A DNA stretch of 64,000 bases. Source: Escherichia coli (GTDB lineage: Bacteria; Pseudomonadota; Gammaproteobacteria; Enterobacterales; Enterobacteriaceae). The notes beneath the pieces were generated by a model. It had not been told where the DNA came from, did not search any database, and worked only from the letters and a program-made list of their open reading frames with translations. The stretch lies in assembly GCF_046105845.1 (NCBI RefSeq), contig NZ_CP151004.1. One strand, 5' to 3'. This document shows positions 10,701-21,266 of this stretch, one piece after another. Numbering within the stretch: position 1 is the first letter of the stretch; each line of letters starts with the position of its first letter. The position numbers were made by a program, and so were the translations under genes.

Positions 10701-11300
10701 CCGTTCGTATGGCTCAGATGTAGCGACCCAATTTCCAGCGACGTTTCTTAAAAGGTTATCTGACTGTTGTAGATAATTTTGCCAATGCTGACGATACCTG
10801 GCATGGCGTTCCGCTTTCTCTTCGTCAGTTTCTTCGTAATGTTCTGGTTCATCTTCATTAATGGTGGCTGTGTTATGCGTGGTTTTGTATTTGTCATATT
10901 GCGCCAACTCACCAATAGAAAAATGACCGGAAGGGAGAGGTTCAAGCAGATCGCGGGGAATAGTGGCTGAAGCGGCAGGAAACAAAAAACCTTCCCTATT
11001 CAGAAGAGCGGAGGTAACCAGTGGCGTGATAATTGCGGGTGCACCTGCCATTTGCTCTTTGCCATGCTTTACTATGCGGTTCCACACTTGGGGCCGTAAC
11101 ACGACTTCAACGGTTTTTACCGACTCCCCTTCACCGTCAAAAAATGCCCGAATAGTCTCGTCATCCAACTGCCCTGCGGTGATATTTATCCATCGAATGA
11201 ATGAATCTGTATCTTTACGTGAAAACGTTCCTTTACCAGATTCGGCGTCAGCTAAGGAGTTGCGCCAGTATGAAGTGAATCCCAATGTATTGCTGTCCAT
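7785..11300 (-). CDS. SF1 (Upf1-like) helicase fused to a C-terminal PLD-family HKD nuclease; Mokosh type II-like architecture
   Basis: Walker A GPPGTGKT (about 10397-10421), Walker B LIVDEAGQ, helicase motif [13 protein letters not shown]-terminal HSKIVIRD...GSFNW (HxKxxxxD...GSxN, near 7960); start taken at MDSNTLGF (11300). Confidence 0.8.
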   Translation of the reverse strand: MDSNTLGFTSYWRNSLADAESGKGTFSRKDTDSFIRWINITAGQLDDETIRAFFDGEGESVKTVEVVLRPQVWNRIVKHGKEQMAGAPAIITPLVTSALLNREGFLFPAASATIPRDLLEPLPSGHFSIGELAQYDKYKTTHNTATINEDEPEHYEETDEEKAERHARYRQHWQNYLQQSDNLLRNVAGNWVATSEPYERAGYGYIVKASQHVGASVHILPMYDHLLMSQVKVPLLTRFASNEMAPVEPLLAKNAMFCERLGHSGDKFPLAVAQRDALSHYLTQQQGDMLAVNGPPGTGKTTLVLSIIATEWTRAALNQTEPPVIIATSTNNQAVTNIIEAFGKDFSTGFGVMSGRWLPEVISYGAYFPSKSRQVEAAKKYQTEDFFNRVESLEYLEKARAFYLEKAEAAFGAGECNSPEHVVTLLHERLTSQVMQLQQIEPAWRRLNDIRHEQRVISENLDQYLQDKNTLLLNIGNEISLLARGKKQWQQYRADESLMYAFLSWLPAVRAKRHYQINLFLDSTFGARMTAFQGNCSEDIDKFIDSLIAKAQQEQAACQQNINFAQDIARSEMEAAKQWRGLTYALGYRGDDELNLAGADELADTQIRFPAFLLATHYWEGRWLMDMAAIDNLQKEKGITGTTIAEARWLRRMKLTPCVVMTCYMLPYHMNRRKSFGGDRTSDNNYLYNFADLLIVDEAGQVLPEVAAASFALAKKALVIGDTEQIAPIWNCLPVTDMGNMLEENILSGGTQEELINTYSHVCRSGKSAASGSVMQVAQFNSRYQYDPKFERGMYLYEHRRCFNNIIGYCNSLCYNGKLQPKRGMEKGTIFPAMGYLHIDGRGMKPNGGSRYNPLEAETIAAWLATHKDDIERHYGEPLYKVVGVVTPFSAQVNAIKTSLRKLEINDKDEEGSLTVGTVHSLQGAERAIVLFSPVYSKHEDGRFLDSNSSILNVAVSRAKDSFLVFGDMDLIEMQPASSPRGLLAKFLFASDNNALQFEFQKRQDLISAQTHISTLHGVEQHDEFLNNALAAAQQKITIISPWLSWQKVEQTGFLTSMALARSRGIDITVVTDKNCNIAHIDDDKRQEKLHLLNDAVEKLNNMGIATKLVNRVHSKIVIRDEELLCVGSFNWFSAAREDKYQRYDTSLVYRGEGVKNEIKAIYSSLDQRQL

Positions 11301-11592
11301 TTTCCATTCCGTGACATAATAGAAATCATTGATTTCATTGATGTAAATATTACTTATGATTAAACATTGTCCACGATGCGAGCACGATCGCAATAAATAT
11401 TGTGCCTGGAGGATGGATTAGATTTTCTGAAAGAGCCGAATCCTTAATAGATAAGCGCAAACATACTTGGTTCGGTATTCTTAAGGGAATTAATATGGAT
11501 TGAACCAGGTGGAAAAAACAGCGGAAAAGATTTGTGTAGCGCGGATTTCAGGCATAAAAAAAGACCTCAGTTGAGGTCTATTTACATACTTT

Positions 11593-11610
11593 TGGTGCCG
11601 AAGGCCGGAC
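11593..11610. repeat. 18-bp direct repeat of the leuX 3' end; distal att-like boundary of the leuX island
   Basis: TGGTGCCGAAGGCCGGAC is identical to the reverse-complemented 3' end of the tRNA at 22703-22720. Confidence 0.7.
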
Positions 11611-11776
11611 CCGAATTTCACACCTAATAGACTGATATCAATATTGTTTATAAACAGGAATGAATAGTTATACCCGAACTTGTACCCACACGTTAAAATC
11701 CGTACAAAAAAATAGACATTGCAAGTGGGTATAAAGCCATACCAGTAGAACACCGATTTGGCTGTCAAAGCAAGAC

Positions 11777-13352
<1,576 letters not shown>

Positions 13353-13648
13353 TTTATTGATCTCAGGCTCACTCTAGCCATGGATAAAGAGCTTCATGAT
13401 CTAAGCTGACCTGCGGCGAACCTATTCTGCTAGCTGTAACTTTAGAGCGGTGCTCTCGGCGGAAACCATCGGCATGTGTACGCAAGAAAATAGCTGATTT
13501 GCTGTATACTTTGGCTATCACTACGCCAACATTCTCTGCGTATTCAAAAATCTGCCTGACAAAGTTCAGTTTTGTACTGTTTACATGACTCGATGGTTGT
13601 TGATGCTGGTTTTGTCATGTGAACGATAGATAGATGTAAGGCTACTTC

Positions 13649-13685
13649 TAGTCACATGTTCACTTGTGACTATGTAAGCTTACAT
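13649..13685. promoter_or_regulatory. Two adjacent perfect palindromes upstream of the methyltransferase operon (candidate operator)
   Basis: TAGTCACA-N8-TGTGACTA (13649-13672), immediately followed by the 14-bp palindrome ATGTAAGCTTACAT (13672-13685); about 245 bp upstream of the operon start. Confidence 0.3.
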
Positions 13686-13927
13686 ATCCCAGTCAGAGAC
13701 AGCTAATTGAAAAAGAGATATCATCATCAGCAATAGAAGTACAGAGATTGAGAGGCTTTATGAGATCCATTGATGTCACGAGCAATATACTAAATCTGTA
13801 AATTAACACCTTTGTGTTGCATGCTAATGAATTGCCCTTTAATGCAAACAAGTCAGTAGACGCCACAAAGAAAAAGCATGTAAATCTCCATTAAAACATA
13901 TAGATAGAAAGTTAAAAACGAGATAAC

Positions 13928-15718
13928 GTGGAATCGATTACCAAACTTTACCAGACCCCGCTGCCATCTACCCGTACTGGCCCTTTGTATAATGCGTTCT
14001 CATATCCAACAAAGATTTCACCAGAAGCTATAGCGGTTTACATTGCTACGCACACCGAGCCCGGTGCAACAGTGTTAGACGCATTTGCTGGTAGTGGTAC
14101 CACAGGCTTAGCCACTCTGCTCTGTGACCGCCCTACACTCGAAATGAAGCGAATGGCGGAAAGCCTCGGCGCATCGCCAAAGTGGGGACCACGTAATGCA
14201 CAACTTTTTGACATTGGAACATTAGGGTCATTCGTATCTCAGACCATGTGCAATCCTCCTGATCCTGACGAATTTGCAGATGCAGTGAAGGAGCTATGTA
14301 AACAAGCTGAGTTACAATTGGGTTGGTTATACAGTATTAAAGATGCCAATGGCCAAGTAGGCATGCTCCGCCATGCTATTTGGTCTGATGTACTAATCTG
14401 CCCTAACTGTAATACTGAGACCTCACTTTGGGATGCCAGTGTGAAAACTAATCCCATCAAAATGGCTGATTCTTTCATTTGTAAGGGTTGCCAGAAGCTC
14501 GTATCTATTGAAGCTTGTGAAAGAGCCACAGAGACAATCTCTGATGTTTTCGGAAGTACACAGTGCACCAAAAAACGAGTGTTAGCTCGCGTGCATGGAC
14601 GTTGCGGAACAACAAAGTGGCAGAGGCCTCCAACTGATGAAGACTATGAGATTTTGGCTCGCATTGCCGAAATGCAGCCTCCAACATCAGCCCCAAACGT
14701 TGAAATTGAATGGGGAGAACTAAGACGCTCAGGCTATCATTTTGGGATAGATAAGCTCCATCATTTCTATACAAAGCGTAATTTCATTGCGATGGCTTTA
14801 CTAATGGAGCTAGTCAATAACTTTAATGAAAGCGTTCGAGAGGCCTTGCGGCTTCTTGTCCTTAGCTACAATGCGAGCCATTCGACACTCATGACTCGTG
14901 TAGTGCTAAAAAAAGGACAAAATGACTTTGTACTTACGGGCGCTCAAAGTGGCGTGCTCTACATCAGCGGATTTCCAGTTGAAAAAAATCTTATAGAGGG
15001 TATTCGTCGCAAATCTAATTCGTTCATAAACTCGTTCCGGCTTTTATACGGTAGTCAAAGTCAGGTAACTGTTCATAATGTTAGCAGTGAAACTATGCCA
15101 CTCAAGGACAATTCCGTGGATTACGCTTTCACTGACCCTCCTTTCGGCGATTATATCCCATACGCTGAGCTCAATCAGCTCAATGAGCTTTGGCTAGGGC
15201 GTTCCACTGATCGTAAACGTGAAGTCATTGTGAGCCCTTCTCAAGCTAAGGGAGTGAAAGAATACGGCAGTATGATGGGTACAGTATTCAAAGAAATGTC
15301 TAGGGTACTGAAGCATGACGCATTAGCTACCGTAGTATTTCACTCCGCACATTCGGAGATATGGAGAGCTCTAGTTCAAGCTTATACCGAAGCAGGATTC
15401 GCAGTGGAAGCAACAAGCGTACTTGATAAAATTCAGGCAAGTTTTAAACAAGTAGTTTCGAATGTTTCTGTTAAGGGTGACCCTCTATTATTGTTATCTA
15501 AGCGCAGCCAAGAACGTTCAGAGTCTAAGACTTGTGATTTAATCGCCGCTGAGATAATCAATAATGCTAAAAATGATTTGAAACCCGATCCACAGCGTCT
15601 CTATTCACAATTTGTGGGAAGATGTCTCGAGCTGGGCAGCAACGTTACTATGGATGCAAAAACCTTTTATGCACTTGCTCAAACCAACGGTTTATGTGTT
15701 AAAGGAACCAATACGTGA
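13928..15718 (+). CDS. DNA methyltransferase-like protein (N4/N6 beta-class-like core with permuted motif order and a Cys4 zinc-ribbon insert), 596 aa
   Basis: SAM motif I VLDAFAGSGTTG at residues 48-60, preceded by a YPTK context; CPNC...CKGC cysteine cluster; motif IV FTDPPFGDY at residues 401-409 (about 15134); GTG start; stop overlaps the next gene. Confidence 0.8.
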   Translation: MESITKLYQTPLPSTRTGPLYNAFSYPTKISPEAIAVYIATHTEPGATVLDAFAGSGTTGLATLLCDRPTLEMKRMAESLGASPKWGPRNAQLFDIGTLGSFVSQTMCNPPDPDEFADAVKELCKQAELQLGWLYSIKDANGQVGMLRHAIWSDVLICPNCNTETSLWDASVKTNPIKMADSFICKGCQKLVSIEACERATETISDVFGSTQCTKKRVLARVHGRCGTTKWQRPPTDEDYEILARIAEMQPPTSAPNVEIEWGELRRSGYHFGIDKLHHFYTKRNFIAMALLMELVNNFNESVREALRLLVLSYNASHSTLMTRVVLKKGQNDFVLTGAQSGVLYISGFPVEKNLIEGIRRKSNSFINSFRLLYGSQSQVTVHNVSSETMPLKDNSVDYAFTDPPFGDYIPYAELNQLNELWLGRSTDRKREVIVSPSQAKGVKEYGSMMGTVFKEMSRVLKHDALATVVFHSAHSEIWRALVQAYTEAGFAVEATSVLDKIQASFKQVVSNVSVKGDPLLLLSKRSQERSESKTCDLIAAEIINNAKNDLKPDPQRLYSQFVGRCLELGSNVTMDAKTFYALAQTNGLCVKGTNT

Positions 15719-17763
15719 TGAGTAAGCATGATGATAATCATATCGAGATTAGCTGCCCTATAGACTTTGAACGGCGAAAACGGCTGGGGCAGTACTTCAC
15801 GGGTACCGGCCTTGGTCGTTTGCTTGCAGCCCTTGCTCAAGCCGAAAAGGCTGACAGCATCATAGATCCTATGGTGGGATCTGGAGACCTACTTGCCTCT
15901 TGTATAGAGATTGATGCTAAACCTGCTGTAATGGCAGGTATCGAGATAGATATGAAAGTACATAAGGCTTGTTCAAAGCGATTGCCACATGCACATTGTT
16001 TACTTGGTAATGCTTTCGATCCCAGGGTTATTGCACAGTTGCCCGTAAAATCATGGGATTTAGTAATCGCAAATCCCCCTTATGTTCGCTATCAATCCCT
16101 TCGGGATAAAGATCACAATTCAAGCGCATTTCCTTCCGCAATGCAAATTCGAAAAATGTTGCTTCGATCGTTAGAGTTGATAGATACACTCGATAAAGAA
16201 GATAAGCGACTTTTTGCCGAACTCATCCACGGTTATTCTGGTCTATCCGATTTGGCAGTGCCTGCATGGATTCTCTGCGCTGCTTTGGTTGAGAAAGGAG
16301 GACGTTTAGCTCTAATTGTACCTGAGTCGTGGCTTAGCCGAGACTATGCAACAATAGTGAATTACCTTCTGTTTAGATGGTTCGACATAGAATTTGTTGT
16401 AGAGGACGAACATGCGTCATGGTTTGAAGAAGCTCAGATCAAGACAACATTGATCATCGCCAAGAGAATTCAACGTCGCTCTTCCAAACTCTCAATTCCT
16501 GCTGAATATCACTATTGTCACATAGCACTTGCAGCCGCAGCAGCTAACAACAGAAGTCCTATAGGTGGTATTAACTTACCGGTAAAAGAGGCTGAAAAGC
16601 TCTTCGCAAAACAGGCTCAAATCTGGCTCCGAGATGCGTCTAAACATGAAACGGGCCTTGTTAGCACTCGTCCAATTTCTCTAAATCACTCTTGCAAAAA
16701 TATGATCGCGTCAGCTTCCCGCCAAAAGTGGTTTGCCACTATGAGTAAAGCTGATGATGTTTTCAGCAACGAAGACTATATACCTCATGAGATCCACGAA
16801 TGGATTAAAAGGAATACACTTACCCCTTCGTTCGATAGTTTTGAATCTATAGGCATCGCTGTTGGCCAAGGACTTAGGACAGGTGCTAATAATTTTTTTT
16901 ACGCTAGCGGAGAATTAAAAGACGGACACGTCGAGCTATCTTTTTTAGGCCCGTTATCAGGATTGAAAGCTAGAAGCTCAATCAACATCGTTAAGCCCAC
17001 ATTACGCCGCCAATCAGAGCTGCCTAATGGTTTTGTAATTTCTCCTTCTGATGCCAAAAGTTGGACGTTAGACTTAAGAAACTATGTACTGCCCGAAGAT
17101 ATTGGCGATAATGATATATCTTGCACATCATATGAGCTTATGCCAAATGAACTTGTTAAGGTCGTTAGAGCTGCACAAGAAGCAAACTTTGGCACAAGCG
17201 AGAGGCCGCTAAAAATTTGGGAGCTGACGGCGGTCGCACCTAATATCCGACCTGCAACACCTCAGACTCCCGCTCGTCATTGGTATATGTTGCCAAATTT
17301 TACACCTCGCCATCAACCAGATGTATTCTTAGCACGTGTAAATACGCTAACCCCTAAGGCTTATCTAAATCAAGATAGAGCATGCCTTATCGATGCTAAT
17401 TTTTCGACAATGTGGTTATTAGATGATTCAAAATGGTCAGCAACTACAATCCTCGCTTTTATGAATTCTACATGGGTTCAAGCTGTAATCGAGTGTCTGG
17501 GGTCGGTTATGGGCGGCGGGGCGTTGAAAGTTGAGGCCACTCACCTACGCAAAATTCCTGTTCCAAAGTTTAATGATGAGCAAAGAAAAATTCTTTCCGA
17601 TCTTGGAAAAAAACTTGTAAAAGGCACACAGGAAAAACTAGTTATTTTAGAGATAGATAGGATAATAGCTGAAGCTTTGGGCTGTAATGACATGAATATT
17701 GATGAACTTAAACAGATTACGCATTTAGGTCAAACTCGGCGGGCTAAACACAAAGGAAGGTAG
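15715..17763 (+). CDS. N6-adenine DNA methyltransferase, gamma-class (Eco57I/TaqI-like) with a C-terminal TaqI_C-like domain, about 682 aa
   Basis: GQYFTG (motif X), DPMVGSGDLL (motif I), NPPYV (motif IV, about 16072), GLRTGANNFFY (TaqI_C-like GxxTGxNxxF); start overlaps the upstream stop (GTGATGA). Confidence 0.8.
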   Translation: MMSKHDDNHIEISCPIDFERRKRLGQYFTGTGLGRLLAALAQAEKADSIIDPMVGSGDLLASCIEIDAKPAVMAGIEIDMKVHKACSKRLPHAHCLLGNAFDPRVIAQLPVKSWDLVIANPPYVRYQSLRDKDHNSSAFPSAMQIRKMLLRSLELIDTLDKEDKRLFAELIHGYSGLSDLAVPAWILCAALVEKGGRLALIVPESWLSRDYATIVNYLLFRWFDIEFVVEDEHASWFEEAQIKTTLIIAKRIQRRSSKLSIPAEYHYCHIALAAAAANNRSPIGGINLPVKEAEKLFAKQAQIWLRDASKHETGLVSTRPISLNHSCKNMIASASRQKWFATMSKADDVFSNEDYIPHEIHEWIKRNTLTPSFDSFESIGIAVGQGLRTGANNFFYASGELKDGHVELSFLGPLSGLKARSSINIVKPTLRRQSELPNGFVISPSDAKSWTLDLRNYVLPEDIGDNDISCTSYELMPNELVKVVRAAQEANFGTSERPLKIWELTAVAPNIRPATPQTPARHWYMLPNFTPRHQPDVFLARVNTLTPKAYLNQDRACLIDANFSTMWLLDDSKWSATTILAFMNSTWVQAVIECLGSVMGGGALKVEATHLRKIPVPKFNDEQRKILSDLGKKLVKGTQEKLVILEIDRIIAEALGCNDMNIDELKQITHLGQTRRAKHKGR

Positions 17764-17772
17764 CAGAATTTT

Positions 17773-20700
17773 ATGGGAACAATTTACAATGAAACTCAAG
17801 GCTTAGCATTTCTGAAAGAAGCTGTAGCACTTATGGCTGATGGAAAAGCTGAGGATGTTCTGCGACATGCGCTATCTGCCAAACTGCCGCTCATGTTCCC
17901 TAAACAGCCATGGTGGATAAAAGCACATGTTACAGGTACAGAGTCGCTTGCTAAATTTCATGAATTTGGTTCGAAAAAGTATGGATTCGTGGATGTATTA
18001 GTAGGTTCAACTGTTATTGAATATGAAAGAAATTTACAAACACAGGGTTCATTCACACATGGGCTCCATCAGTTAAAACAATATTGTGCTTCTCTTCTTA
18101 ACAGCCACACGCCTTCAGATCTTTTAGTTGGGGTACTATCAGACACGATTCGCTGGTATGCCTTTCGTGTTTCAGACGTAAAAGATATTTCGGCTGTTCC
18201 CGGTGCGACAAGCTACGGCCCTGAACATATTGATTTAGCTGAAATTGAATCCTATGACCTGTCGGCAGCTGGGAGCATTGAGGCCAAAAAGCTTGGTAAA
18301 TTCTTGGTTCGATATCTGGGCCGAGAAGGTGGACGAACTTTAGCAGCATCCATGCTAGCAAAGGATTTAGGCTTTGAAAGCTCATTTTGCGAAACACATC
18401 TCCAGCAAATAGAAAAACTAGTTGATGTAGCTTTTGTAAGCGATCCATCCTACGCTGGGTTAATCACCAAACTCTGGATGGATTTTGTTTCTTACTTGGG
18501 TGGTGAATCTGCTACAGGTAAATTTGATAAAACTTCATATATTGGAGAATTGTACATATTAACGTTAGCCAAGCTTATTTGCGCTAACGTACTTAGCGGT
18601 AAAGGACTTGTTAGCGACGATACGGAACTATTATCAATTCTAGATGGTACATTTTTCAAAGCGAAAGGACTTCCGAATCTTGTAGAATACGACTACTTCG
18701 GTTGGCTTAATAATAGCCCTTATGTTTCCCCCCTTGCCAAAGTAGCACGCGACATTCAGAACGATCTATTAGCTTATGACTTTGAGTCTGCTCCAGCTGA
18801 AGACCTATTTGGTTCTCTAATGGCTCAGCTTGCAACACGCGCTCAACGTCTTCTCCTCGGTCAAGAATGGACACCAGCATGGCTAGCTGCGAAAGTAGTA
18901 AATGAAGCCATCAACAAACTGCCATTAAACCAGCAACCAAGATTCATCGATATGTGTTGCGGTTCAGGCACTATAGTTGTGGAGACAGTAAAAGCGGTCC
19001 AACAACGGTTACTTGCAGCAGGCTCTAAGCCAGGAGAACCTGCTGCGTTAAGCTCATTAGCCACTGCAATTACGGCTTTCGATATAGATCCGCTCGCCGT
19101 AATGTTAGCAAAAGTGGGCTGGGTACTGGCTTGCAAGGACTGGCTTATACCTGGCCATGAAGCCTTAATTCCTGTGTATCACGCAGACTCACTATTTGCC
19201 AATACTCCGGTCACCAAGGTGTTTAGTACAACAGGCGAAGAGCAACGCAAGCTAAAGCTTGACACAGAAGAGGTTGACCTACCACAATTTTTGGTCGAAT
19301 CGAAACATCAATCTCTATTTGATGCACTTTTATCACGTGGTTATGATATGGCCATGAGTAGTGCTGCAGAAGCCAAATCAACGTTAAATAATGATGATAT
19401 TGAGATAATGGTTGATTCGGTAGCTTTGCATTTAGACTGTGTGCTGTCAGCTGAAGAACGCACATCTACATTATTCTTTTGCTGCCAACTGTTACGCGCA
19501 CTTGAAGCATTGCAACGTGCTGGTCGAAACGGCATTTGGTCATTCGTTCTGAAAAATAGCTTTCGCCCAGCCTTAGTGGCGGGCCGTTTTAATGGAATTG
19601 TTACTAACCCACCATGGCTATCGCTAAGCCGCATTGGTAGCAACCCTTATCGTAATGCGTTAAAAGCAAAAGCGGATAAATATGGAATTAAGCCATCTGG
19701 CGCTTCACACCTGCATGTTGAAATCGCGACGACCTTCTTGCTACATGCTATCGATCATTATCTTACATCAGATGGGGTTGTTGCATGTATCTTACCCGAA
19801 ACAGTTCTGAACGGTTCTCATCATGAACCATTCCGGTCATCCAAGTATCTATCAGCTAATAGTCCAGCAGCATTCAATCCACAAGAAATTTGGAAAGTGG
19901 CCAGCCAAACATTTAAAAATGAGGCCATTGTTCTATTCGGTTATAAATCTAAGCCAACATTTCCAGTAGTAAGCCTCTTGGGCCGAAAAGTTAGCAGTTC
20001 ATTTGAAGAATTCTGCGAGTTTCACATCGTTAATTCTGGAGGGAAGTCTGCTTGGGCATTAGACCGCCCTGTAACAGAAGTGTTGAAAGTGGAAACTAAA
20101 GATTCAATTGGACCTCTGTTTAGACAAGGAGCCGATATAATGCCCCGCGGAATTATTTTTCATGATATCAAAAAAAACGGAATATCATGGGATCTTGGTC
20201 CCATTCATCCCGGCTCATCACTATATTTTTTGCGTTCTGAGGGTAAAATTCTTAAGGACTTTTCTTTAAGCGCCTGTGGGGTGAACGATGGAGTGATATA
20301 TGATGTGCTTCTTTCAAAACATTTAGCCCCTTGGGAATTATCTGTAGGTTCAAAGGCCTTATTACCATTCCAGCGTAGTGACGATAAGTGGCTCGCTCGT
20401 ACTGGATCAAATATTGCAGCCCTAGGAGCTTCTACTGCCTCAGCAATCAAAGCTATGTTGACGGCAACCGGTGAAAACATAGAAGATTTCTTTTTACGAA
20501 TCGATACTGATCGCAAGAAATTAACCACCCAGAGTTGGAGCTCAGAAGACTGGGTTGTATTCGGGTCTGCTGGAGGTAAATGGCCATGCGCCGCTTACAC
20601 ACGCGGAGAGCAGATTCCCTGCTCTAAAACGATAATAGACCAAACGCTCTATTGGGGCGTAGTCAAAAGTGAGGATGAAGCGATATACATTACTGCACTA

Positions 20701-21018
20701 ATTAATAGTCCTGCGGTAATGAATGTGATTGTATCCCATCAACCTAGAGGATCCTTTGGGGAACGACACATACACAAGTTGGCTTTCGACCGGACACCTT
20801 CTTATGACCAAACCTCAGCTAAACATCTCGACGTTGTTCGCTCGGCGAAGGATTTGATGAATCAGTGGGCTAATCGTCGCATGGAAGCTGACATATCTCC
20901 CATGCTATCTCCTAGTGTTCACTTAATTACTCGCAGAAAAAAGATTCGTAATGCATTAGAGTCATTGCCTGCATGGGAGCCGTACGTGGCAGCCACTCAA
21001 GCTATATATGAAATTTAA
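17773..21018 (+). CDS. Large multidomain protein (1081 aa): HsdR/MmeI-like N-terminal domain, central gamma-class SAM-methyltransferase core, large C-terminal domain; Type IIG/IIL-like
   Basis: N-terminal D74...E83-x-E85...Q100xxxY104 pattern; GQEWTPAW (motif X-like); FIDMCCGSGT (motif I, about 18943); DIDPLAVMLAKV; NPPW (motif IV, about 19606); RBS AAGGAAGG upstream of ATG 17773. Confidence 0.8.
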   Translation: MGTIYNETQGLAFLKEAVALMADGKAEDVLRHALSAKLPLMFPKQPWWIKAHVTGTESLAKFHEFGSKKYGFVDVLVGSTVIEYERNLQTQGSFTHGLHQLKQYCASLLNSHTPSDLLVGVLSDTIRWYAFRVSDVKDISAVPGATSYGPEHIDLAEIESYDLSAAGSIEAKKLGKFLVRYLGREGGRTLAASMLAKDLGFESSFCETHLQQIEKLVDVAFVSDPSYAGLITKLWMDFVSYLGGESATGKFDKTSYIGELYILTLAKLICANVLSGKGLVSDDTELLSILDGTFFKAKGLPNLVEYDYFGWLNNSPYVSPLAKVARDIQNDLLAYDFESAPAEDLFGSLMAQLATRAQRLLLGQEWTPAWLAAKVVNEAINKLPLNQQPRFIDMCCGSGTIVVETVKAVQQRLLAAGSKPGEPAALSSLATAITAFDIDPLAVMLAKVGWVLACKDWLIPGHEALIPVYHADSLFANTPVTKVFSTTGEEQRKLKLDTEEVDLPQFLVESKHQSLFDALLSRGYDMAMSSAAEAKSTLNNDDIEIMVDSVALHLDCVLSAEERTSTLFFCCQLLRALEALQRAGRNGIWSFVLKNSFRPALVAGRFNGIVTNPPWLSLSRIGSNPYRNALKAKADKYGIKPSGASHLHVEIATTFLLHAIDHYLTSDGVVACILPETVLNGSHHEPFRSSKYLSANSPAAFNPQEIWKVASQTFKNEAIVLFGYKSKPTFPVVSLLGRKVSSSFEEFCEFHIVNSGGKSAWALDRPVTEVLKVETKDSIGPLFRQGADIMPRGIIFHDIKKNGISWDLGPIHPGSSLYFLRSEGKILKDFSLSACGVNDGVIYDVLLSKHLAPWELSVGSKALLPFQRSDDKWLARTGSNIAALGASTASAIKAMLTATGENIEDFFLRIDTDRKKLTTQSWSSEDWVVFGSAGGKWPCAAYTRGEQIPCSKTIIDQTLYWGVVKSEDEAIYITALINSPAVMNVIVSHQPRGSFGERHIHKLAFDRTPSYDQTSAKHLDVVRSAKDLMNQWANRRMEADISPMLSPSVHLITRRKKIRNALESLPAWEPYVAATQAIYEI

Positions 21019-21053
21019 TATAATATTTAGCTTGAAATTTTTTTAAATATTAA

Positions 21054-21088
21054 ATGATGGGAAATTTGTATAATTACCCCATCATTTT
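21054..21088 (+). terminator. Putative rho-independent terminator of the methyltransferase operon
   Basis: Stem ATGATGGG / CCCATCAT with a 16-nt loop, followed by TTTT, 36 bp after the gene-3 stop. Confidence 0.4.
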
Positions 21089-21266
21089 CTCTATAAGTTA
21101 ACTTAATGAAATTCTATTATCTAATAATGTAATGGCATCTCTAATGCTTGTCAGCTTATCCTAATTGAGTAGAGGTTTATGGTATAGACTTGTAGTAACA
21201 GGATAAGATTAATACACGATTGTTATAATTAGTTTGAACAAATCATTATAAGAATCATCAATTTAC

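Noticed and set aside
13357-13927. Expected N-terminal part of the Mrr-like gene, or a controller (C-protein) gene upstream of the methyltransferase operon
   Set aside because: No ORF of 60 aa or more in any frame and no recognisable HTH ORF by eye; treated as decayed or non-coding sequence, though a small regulator below the ORF-track threshold cannot be excluded.
15715-21018. Interpreting genes 2 and 3 as a BREX PglX-type methylase pair
   Set aside because: No BrxC-like large ATPase, PglZ phosphatase or BrxL/Lon-like gene is present anywhere in the island, so a BREX assignment is unsupported.
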